Shown: in pieces, positions 55,146 through 64,000 of the stretch
Layout of the letters: every line of letters starts with the position of its first letter
Numbering within the stretch: the stretch's first letter is position 1
Assembly: GCA_951406725.2 (NCBI GenBank)
Contig: OX597816.1
Span: 181,846,001-181,910,000 of the forward strand
Direction: 5' to 3'
Source: Octopus vulgaris
Lineage: Eukaryota
Length of the DNA stretch: 64,000 nt
Program-made: the position numbers and the translations under genes
Notes under the pieces: generated by a model
What the model was told of the DNA's origin: nothing
The model's input: the letters and a program-made list of their open reading frames with translations, nothing else
The model's database searches: none

Positions 55146-56965
55146 TATCTTAGACATTTAGGTGTTTGCCAAAGCAAGATATTTTTCACTCATAAAAAAG
55201 ATATTTTGTATGTAACAAACAGCAGAATTTCTGTTATTTTCTAAATGTACACTTTAATTACACTTACTGCCATAGTTTTCTTGAAAAAAAAAACATTGTA
55301 ATATTTAGGATTGTGTAGAATATGTGGCTGTTGAGATGCTAATCATTACAGTTGCTAGGCCCAAAATCCTGATTATTCAGTTACCTACACTACTTAGATT
55401 TCAATTGCAGTGCACGTTTTTGTTGTTACAAGTAACATCTGCAAAGTAATAGCTATACCTTAAAGGTGAAGCTTTCAATATGGTTCTGAGACTGTAAAGC
55501 AAAACTGTAATTAGTTGTAAGATACTTGAAACAGAAACAAACCATAAATATATATTTACTTGCAGTAACAGCTTCCTGCAGAATAGAATATATTATGTTA
55601 GTTACATTAATAACAACTGGTGCAGTGAAAGCTTGGTCACATGATATTGACAGGCTTTCATATTTCTGATGGTGGAATGGCAGAACAGCAATTAGAAACG
55701 GTTTGTTTTGTTTTGTTTTGTTGTTAAAAGAAAACAAAAATACCATGGCAATAAATGACATAAGAGGAAAGTTAACACACAAAAGATTTATTGAGAGATG
55801 GATATTTACTAAAAATTGTGCAACTGTAGATGTAGGAAGCTTAAGGAAACATTTATAAATGATTGATGGCTGGATCTTCTGAAGTATTGCTCTCTAGCTT
55901 TGTGCTTTCTGTTGCATAATTTGAGCTGACAACTGAAGTAAAAGTTTAACAGTAGAATCTGAGAAAATTTGTGATGGATTGCATCAACATATAAGTACAA
56001 AAAGTTCACAGAGTGAAATAGATTATTTTGCCATGTGGAAGAAAAATCTGATTTTTTTAGGCAGAATCCTTTGTTGGAAAAAGATGAAATGATTACTGAT
56101 AGTGCTGAAATAACAGTAAACATTTTAGGCTGCGAGTATCAGAAACTCTTGATTCAACTTCATGCAAAATATAAACTGTTATTATGCAATATCATTTCCT
56201 GTTGTTGCATGGAGTTCACAACTGCATTGAGTTGCATATTTTCTAGATGCAGTTATTCCAACATATTTGATTCAAGGTGCATGCCCTTAACAAGTCATTT
56301 GGAGCCATCAATCTTCAATAATTTAATCACCTTCAAGTTTATCAAATTCACAGTATTGAAACCTGTTATGAAGAAGATGGGGGCCAAAATTTCATAACTG
56401 ACTCTAAAGATTCTTGACATGAATCTAGTTTGTTCAGCAATGACTAACTTTTTAGGTCTTAGATTATTTACTATCATCTCTCATGTTTTCCGGGATGCAT
56501 GTCTTCCATCTGCTTTTGATGGTCTTTTACCAGTTCCTTCATTATAGCTCCACTGCTGGCTCATCATAAAAATAAACTTATCTCCTTTAGACCATCATGT
56601 TCATCAACATCCTTCAATTAGTTTCTTTCTAGAGGTGGTTGCAAAATGCCTTAATTATGCTGAGCAAGGAAAAAATTCCACCTTGATGTTTAATTCTGAC
56701 ATTCCCCATATCAAAAGAAATTCTATTCTTCATGTCAATGTTCTGTCATAGCTACATATTTAGCCACAACTAAAGAACACTAGTTCTGATTATGTCGATA
56801 AATTTATGCAGAACTTTTGCATTTTGCTTGCCTCTCTTCAGAAACCCTGTCTGATTTGAAAGGGTTCATAATGATATCAGTTGTGGCACAGTGTATTGCC
56901 CAAAGTGTGAAACCTGGTAACCAGAGTATCTATAATATTCAGTACTACATACAATAATTATTAAT

Positions 56966-57124
56966 GTAGGAGCGGCTGTGTGGTAAGTAGCTTACTTATG
57001 AACCACATGGTTCTGGGTTCAGTCACACTGCGTGGCACCTTGGGCAAGTGTCTTCTACTATAGCCTCGGGTCGACCAAAGCCTTGTGAGTGGATTTGGTA
57101 GACAGAAACTGAAAGAAGCCCATC

Positions 57125-57172
<48 letters not shown>

Positions 57173-57376
57173 TGTGTGTTTCTGTGTTTGTCCCCCCAAC
57201 ATTGCTTGACAACCAATGCTGGTGTGTTTACGTCCCCGTAACTTAGCAATTCGGCAAAAGAGACCGATAGAATAAGTACTAGGCTTACAGAGAATAAGTC
57301 CTGGGGTGGATCTGCTCGACTAAAAGCAGTGCTCCAGCATGGCCACAGTCACATGACTGAAACAAGTAAAAGAGTA
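56966..57376 (+). mobile_element. SINE family B, full length and young
   Basis: tRNA-like head, internal (TA)n/(TG)n, tail gactgaaacaagtaaaagagta; CpGs retained. Confidence 0.9.
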
Positions 57377-57609
57377 CCCCTGATTATGAGCACTGAAATC
57401 CCGGATAAAAAAAATAAGTTGTCAGCGGTGGTGCCCCAGCATGGCCGCGGCCTTCGGGCTAAAACATTTTTAAGGATTTAAGGATTTTTTATCTTTTATT
57501 CATTTCAGTTATTGGACTGTGGTCATACTGGGGTACTGCCTTGAAGTTCTTACTAGAACTGATTAACCAAGTCTTATTCTGTTGGTCACTTTCGAGTCAC
57601 TGAGTTATG

Positions 57610-57644
<35 letters not shown>

Positions 57645-57734
57645 CAACATCAGTTGTCAAATGGTGGCAGGGAACAACTACAACGCAACACAGTCGCACA
57701 CACATGCATGCACAATGGGCTGCTTTCAGTTTAC

Positions 57735-57967
57735 TATTTCTTTATTGCCCACAAGGGGCTAAACATAGAGGGGGCAAACAAGGAAAGACAAAGGGATTAA
57801 GTCGATTACATCGACCCCAGTACGTAACTGGTACTTATTTAATCCAACCCGAAAGGATGAAAGGCAAAGTCGACCTCGGCGGAATTTGAACTCAGAACAT
57901 AACAGTAGATGAAATACAGCTACGTATTTCGCCCGGCGTGCTAACATTTCTGCCAGCTTGCCACCTT
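57735..57967 (-). mobile_element. SINE family A nested in an older antisense family B copy (about 57490-58105)
   Basis: Reverse complement of the family A unit; 9-bp duplication tttcagttt at 57724 and 57972. Confidence 0.85.
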
Positions 57968-59129
57968 ATAGTTTCAGTTTCCATCCACCAAATTCACTGA
58001 CAAGGCTTTGGTCAGCGGAGGCTAATGTAGAAGACATTTGCCTAAGATGACACGTGGTGGAACAACCCAAGATCACATTGTTGCTAAGCAAACTTCTCAA
58101 CAGACAAACCTGTCTACAACAGACATTAACTTTTCTTTAGTATATAGGTATGATACACGAGGAAAGGAAATGTTTAGTGAGATTTATTACATTTACTGTA
58201 TAAAGTACATTGAAAATATTCGTGCATCCTAAATGAAACAAGAAAGTACATTTGAATCTAACTCATGAACTTCACTGATGTAAAAGTGCAGCTGCTGCAA
58301 AGTCAACTTGTGGAAATCACATGATCAGGTTTTTTTGGGGTTTTCTCTAGAAAATCAGTTGGATTTTGATAATGACGGTACACTTATTTAAGTTTATGCT
58401 CTTTTTCCCTCTCGAGTTTCTACAGTAATATACATAGTCATATTGCTACAGCAAAACAAAATATCATTTAAATGTTGTTTTTTGGGGAGAAAAACAAAAT
58501 AATTTCAGACTTTTTTCATGCATTTTTGTTTTTAATGGTCTTTAGATTTGAACATCAGAGATTCAGTGCTTGACAATTATTTTTAATTAAAACAAAAAAC
58601 ATTTTAATCAGAATCTTAATAATTTCAAACATAGTATTTTAAATTTTCAGAAATTAAAAAAAAAACATTTTAGAATCCACCATCTGGTGTTTTGTTTGGT
58701 CAGGCATAAAAATTATGTTGACAATGTTCATAAATAGCATCTATTTATAATGTGCAACTTTCTATCTAGATATTAAAAAAAAAAATGAAACTGGGGGCAT
58801 GTATGTTTCTTTGTCTTACCACCACCTGACAACCAGTGTTGGTTTATTTATGTCCCCATAACATTGCAATTTAGATGATAGCAACAGATGAAGTACCAGG
58901 CTTAAAAAATGCAATTACTACGGCTGATTTGTTCAATGAAACCCTTCAAGGCAGTGCTCGGGCATAGTCGCAGTATAACGACTGAAATGAATAAAAGATG
59001 AAATTAACAAACAGTTATGATTGTTAAGATTATTCAGTAATATTTCTAAAATTTGTAATTTGAAAATTTACCCTTAAGACTTTCATATCTGTGGTTCTAG
59101 GATGTTTTTATCTCAGATACAAATCATTA

Positions 59130-59130
59130 A

Positions 59131-59206
<76 letters not shown>
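59130..59206. repeat. (CAT)n trinucleotide microsatellite
   Basis: Directly visible; gives the poly-D ORF. Confidence 0.97.
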
Positions 59207-59207
<1 letters not shown>

Positions 59208-61835
59208 GTGTCACCATCCTGAACACCAAACCTCATAATGTAGTGACTGAAGTAAATGAATGAATAAGGTTTCCTCACACAATCTGTTCCTTTGTTAATT
59301 TTCAGGGTGGCATCATACAGTAACAGGTGGCTTTGTTTACCTAATTTGGTCCTGTCAGGACATGGGTGTTCCAACATTACACAGAGATAGCAATGGACTC
59401 TTGCTGAGACCATTTATATCTGTACAACAAGTAACTACTTAATTACACTGATTAATAATGTCTGCTGTTTTCTTATTCAAAATATCTTGTAAACACAATC
59501 ATCTTTGTGTGTTGCATTTTAACTTAGTATAATAAACATGATACATTATAAAGCAATGTAGTTTGTGTGCAAGGTATGATTTGAATTCATATCATGGTCA
59601 CCAACTAGTCTAGTTAGCTTCTTAAACTGCTCAATAGCTTACAGACTATTGTTTTTCTCCTTCATGAAATATTTTTATTTATTCATTTATTTATTTCCAA
59701 AGTTTGTTGAACTCTTACACTCTGGTCTGTCTCTGTACAATAAGGATCTTTTTTTTTTTATGTAGTGATTTCTAATGGCAGAAAGCTAACTATTTTTCTG
59801 CTTAATTTGGTTGTTCTGCTTGTGTTTTTTCTCCACTGATAAGACATCACAATGGAAAGCTACTTAGAAGTACCAGCCCCTGCTTTGCTTATCAAAACCT
59901 GCACCCTAATAGCTCTGTTATTTTTCCCTAGCTGATTAATTGATATACATTTATTTGTTATGCCATTTAGAAATTAGTCTTTTTTTTCTCTCCTTTTTCT
60001 TTCTTATCCATTGTTCCCTCAGCCACTTGTGTCTACAGTTTTGAATAAACATATTTAGGAGTTTTAAAACCATAGTCACAACAATCTTTTTTCAACTCTT
60101 TCCCCTCTTTATATCTTATATTTAGTCTTGTTGCTTTTATTGCTACTTTTACTGCATTGAAGAATGCAGTGAATGGCAGAATTACCAAACTAAATGCCTT
60201 GCAGTATATAGTTACATGTCTTTACATTCTGAGTTCAAATCTCAATAAGGTTAACTTGACATTCTACCCCCACCAAGGTCATTAAGATAGACATCAGCAG
60301 TTCACTGAAGATCCCTGGCAGGTTTATGGTTGAGCTTGTGACAACGGACACCTCTAGCATTCTCATCTTCCGGGGAGGGGACCGTATCCCTGCTCTACGC
60401 TATTGGGGCAGAGATGACTATCCATAAGTGTGAGCCCATGAGTCAGATTGGCTGTTCCAACACATCTCTCTTGCCATCCTCTTGGGCAACACTTTTCCCA
60501 TTTTGTCTGCTGGGACCATGAGGAAATCTGAATTACAGGAAGTCAAGAGAATGTAATAATTTTGTAGTTTACTACACAAACACTAAAGCTATACTCATTG
60601 TTCTTAAACGCAACAGCACTGAGCTGGGCGAAAGGTTCAACAACATTTCATCCATCATCATGTTCTGAGTTCAAATTCTGCCGAGATTGACTTTGCCTTT
60701 CATTCTTTTGGGGTCACTGAAAAAAGTATCAGTCAAGCACTAGGTTCGACATAATCGACTAGCCCCCTCCCCAAAAATTTCAGGCCTTGTGCCTATAGTA
60801 AAAAGGATTATTCTTAAACACAACTGGAGCTGTGTGTGTAGTTCAGTATCAGTTGTTTTCAACTCCTAGTCAGGTCAGTTTGAACATTCTTCAACATAAA
60901 CTGCTTTTTAAAAGAGGTATCTGTCTACTTACCAAACTAAACCTACCTACCTACTTTACATCCCTCTGTGGTCAGTATAGTATCAATCATCCCTCAAGGG
61001 TCCAGCATCTGTTGTTGCTACCACCGCCTCCTCTTCTGCTGCTGCTTTTAGCAACCCTGTGAGATAGTTGATTGGGGCAGGGTGCTAGAAAAAGAAAAAA
61101 AGGGGTCCACATGGAGACTGGTACTGATTGATAAACTGCTAAACAAATGAACACTTGTTGCCTTGTGGTGGTCGGGGATGAAAACATCACAAAGACACCC
61201 ACAGACATACAACAAGCTTCCTTTACCAAATTCACTCTAAAGGCATTAGTCAACTCAGGGCTATAATAGATGCTGGGGCATCGCCTTAAAGAGTTTAGCC
61301 CAAAGTACTGTACAATGGGACTGAACCCAAAACCACATGGCTACAAAGTGAGCTTCTTAACCACAATGCCATTTTTGCACTTGCTTCACAACCACTTGAT
61401 TCTGGGTTCAATCCCACTGTATGGCATTATATATATATATATATATTCAGCTGTATCAGTGCCAAGCAGTGTTTAGGCATAAGTGAACTTTAGGAGATTT
61501 AAGATATGTTTGTGACATATTTTAACTTCTAAAGACAAATTCACTGCAGTTATCGTGGAAAAAAATTTCTATAGGAGAAAAAATTCTATTTTAAATACTT
61601 TTAAAAATCAAATCTGATTTAAAATGTTTGTATTTTGTTGATAGGAAATCCTTTCCAAATATAGTTTCATTGTACTTTCTTTCAAACTGTTTCAGTAATT
61701 CTCTTACAAATTATTACCCAGCCTCATTTGTTATGCCAAGATTTTGGAAATGGCTTTTGTTTATTTCTTTGCAGCACATAAAAAAGTAGGAAATGATACA
61801 ACTTGAAGCACAAACTGATGAGTAATCAATATATT

Positions 61836-61880
<45 letters not shown>

Positions 61881-62012
61881 TTCACTCACTCGTGAATCTC
61901 ATTATAAACAACATGGACCCAACTTGAAGCACAAACTGATGAGTAATCATTATAAACAACATGGACCCATTTTCTTCTTTAGAAAAAATATATTTTCATA
62001 TAAATTAAACAT

Positions 62013-62049
62013 TGTATCATGAATAGCGATTGCGAAACCGGTCAATACA
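62013..62049 (+). ncRNA. Minimal type-I hammerhead ribozyme motif with A3:U8 core variant
   Basis: uguau c AUGAAUA GC gauu GC GAA ACCGGU C a auaca: stem I 5 bp, stem II 2 bp plus tetraloop, palindromic ACCGGU in place of stem III, GUC cleavage triplet. Confidence 0.65.
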
Positions 62050-62098
62050 TTAAAAATTATACTATAACCATGTAAGTGTGCATTGATGATGATGATGA

Positions 62099-62149
<51 letters not shown>

Positions 62150-62152
<3 letters not shown>

Positions 62153-62295
62153 AGAGTTTACAAAAAAAACAACAAAAGACGAAGACAGGTGATGTACAAA
62201 ACAAACAGATGTATTAGCATAACGCTCAGGAATAGAAAAAGTCTTTTACGTTTCAAGCCTACGCTCTTCTACAGAAAGGGACACAGAAAACAGAA
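62150..62295 (-). mobile_element. Penelope-like pseudo-LTR tail abutting (TA)n
   Basis: Homologous to 63104-63260 (caaaagacgaag...tgtattag...acgctcagga...acgtttc.agcctacgctcttc.acagaaag); carries a hammerhead motif. The Penelope assignment is inferred. Confidence 0.6.
62243..62278 (-). ncRNA. Minimal hammerhead motif, A6U core variant (copy 1)
   Basis: cuuu CUGUAGA A GAGC guag GCUU GAA ACGU A aaag. Confidence 0.55.
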
Positions 62296-62850
62296 AAGTG
62301 GTTACTTCATTTCACTTTTATTTACCAGATGAGATGACAGATATTTGTCAAAATCACTGGGAGAGCTTTTATGTGGTCATTTGGCTTGCTAGAAATAGTA
62401 ACCAAATCTCCTTCAAATCGCATCCTACAACCTTGAAAGAAGGAAGGACACATTGAAACATGTATTCCTAGAGACTCCTAAATAGACAAGAGATTGGATG
62501 ATCCTGATTGAAATCCTTTTGATCTTAAATCTGCTTGATCGTGACTGACCTGCAATTTGTATTTTAAGTAATTGATTTGTCTGCACTTTGAATTGGTGTT
62601 TTACAGATACATACTTATATTTTCTTTTTGTTAATAATATGCCAGGCATTTTATTAACTATTGATTCACTTGTTTGGGTAATGTTTGAAAAAAGTTCCTG
62701 TCTATGGAATTAATTGTTAGTTTCCTGGGGGTGAAAATGTGCGGAAAAATAAGCACTGGACAACATGCTTTCCTAAAGTATGGTGTGCTCTCACTGACTT
62801 TACAGGATGTATATGTATGTGTGTTTGTGTGTATGTATGAATGAATGAAT

Positions 62851-63078
62851 GAGGCGAGATGGCAGAAACGCTAGCACCGGGCGAAATGCTTAGCGGTAAT
62901 CCGGCTGTCGTTATGTTCTGAGTTCAAATTCCGCCGAGGTCGGCTTTACCTTTCATCCTTCCAGGGTCGATAAATAAAGTACCAGTTTCGCACTGGGGTT
63001 GATGTAATCGACTTAATCCCTTTATCTGTCCTTGTTTGTCCCCATCTGTGTTTAGCCCCTTGTGGGCAGTAAAGAAAT
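62851..63078 (+). mobile_element. SINE family A, monomer
   Basis: ggcgagatggcagaaacgctagc...ccccttgtgggcagtaaagaaat. Confidence 0.88.
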
Positions 63079-63201
63079 ATATATATATATATATATATAT
63101 ATAACGGGAAGCTTTATGAAAATAGACAAAAGACGAAGGCAAGTGGAAAACAAACAAACAATTGTATTAGTATGACGCTCAGGAAATATAAATAAAACAA
63201 G

Positions 63202-63239
63202 TCTTTAACGTTTCGAGCCTACGCTCTTCAACAGAAAGA
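63202..63239 (-). ncRNA. Minimal hammerhead motif, A6U core variant (copy 2)
   Basis: ucuuu CUGUUGA A GAGC guag GCUC GAA ACGU U aaaga: 5-bp stem I, 4-bp stem II, palindromic ACGU. Confidence 0.6.
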
Positions 63240-63402
63240 TACACAGAGAGAGAAAAACACAGAAAGAAGGAGAGAAAAAAAATGCGTGCAGTAACTAACG
63301 AACCAACATGGCGATCTGATTTCGGCCAGAAGTCAAAGATCAAACATGAGACGCGAGAGCGAAATTAGGGGAGATAATAGGGTTGAGTGACCAGCTCCAA
63401 CA

Positions 63403-63728
63403 TAAGGGTGTGTGTGTGTGTGTGTATGAGAGAGTATTAGTGCATATGAGAGGTCTGGACGTGTGTATGTATAGGGTTGGTGTATGTATTAGTATGTATA
63501 AGGTGTGTGTGTGTGTGTATGAGAGAGTATTAGTGCGTATGAGAGGTCTGGACGTGTGTATGTATAGGGTTAGTGTATGTATTAGTATGTATTAGTACGT
63601 ATTAGTATGTATAAGGGTGTGTGTGTGTGTGTATGAGAGAGTATTAGTGCGTATGAGAGGTCTGGACGTGTGTATGTATAGGGTTGGTGTATGTATTAGT
63701 ATGTATTAGTTGGTGTATGTATTAGTAT
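63403..63728. repeat. Minisatellite, three copies of an approximately 95-115 bp unit
   Basis: taagg(gt)n atgagagagtattagtgcgtatgagaggtctggacgtgtgtatgtatagggtt.gtgtatgtattagtatgta starting at about 63403, 63499 and 63612. Confidence 0.92.
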
Positions 63729-64000
63729 GGCACATCATATATGATGTGATGTGTAAAGTCGTGTGGTGTAGTGTGGAGAGAGGAGAAGAGGGGAGGGGGA
63801 GGAGGAGAGAGAAGGGGAGTGAGGGAGCAGAGGTAAGGGGAAGGAGGGATGGAGAAAGAGGGAAGAAGGGAAGGGGAGTAGGGGTGAAAGGATGAAGGAC
63901 TGAAGAAGTAGGGGTCGGGGGGAAAGGTAGGTGAGGAGGGGGAGAGGGGGGTTAGATGAGGAGGGGGGGAGAGTTGAGACCAAATGGCGTATAAGAGCGA

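Larger units (their letters stand above)
63104..64000 (-). mobile_element. Longer copy of the Penelope-like element 3' region (tail, minisatellite, polypurine tract); probably continues beyond the window
   Basis: Same tail as 62150-62295 next to (TA)n; inclusion of 63260-64000 in the element is inferred from contiguity. Confidence 0.45.

Noticed and set aside
59306-59430. Plus-strand exon candidate (WHHTVTGGFVYLIWSCQDMGVP...)
   Set aside because: The acceptor is plausible, but the donor is weak and there is no recognisable protein or partner exon.
60300-60550. HDV-ribozyme-like words (catggtcccagc, gaggggaccgt, gggcaac)
   Set aside because: The motifs are on different strands or in the wrong order, and I could not build the nested double pseudoknot.
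63403-63728. CRISPR-like array
   Set aside because: Plain tandem minisatellite with no unique spacers, in a eukaryotic context with no cas genes.

Overview
AT-rich, repeat-dense eukaryotic DNA, most likely from an Octopus species. That assignment is inferred from the (TA)n/(TG)n/(GA)n load and the recurring SINE families, not from a database check. Nearly all listed ORFs are microsatellite or repeat artefacts, and there is no intact long coding sequence. Recognisable content: two full-length but broken Tc1/mariner transposons with TIRs, a decayed GTF2IRD2/SPIN-like hAT transposase, a Penelope-like GIY-YIG fragment, RTE and jockey/CR1-like LINE fragments, piggyBac-type (TTAA) and TA-type MITEs, a Helentron-like non-autonomous element, and many copies of about five short interspersed families. 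A CpG-poor domain at about 29.4-61.9 kb, judged by eye, may be a methylated gene body. It contains one good terminal-exon candidate (40051-40113). The most interesting signal is a set of minimal type-I hammerhead ribozyme motifs next to (TA)n arrays. One has a compensatory A3:U8 swap of the conserved C3:G8 pair and two have an A6U core. One canonical-core copy sits in a long inverted repeat whose other arm lacks precisely that ribozyme segment. SINE boundaries are approximate.
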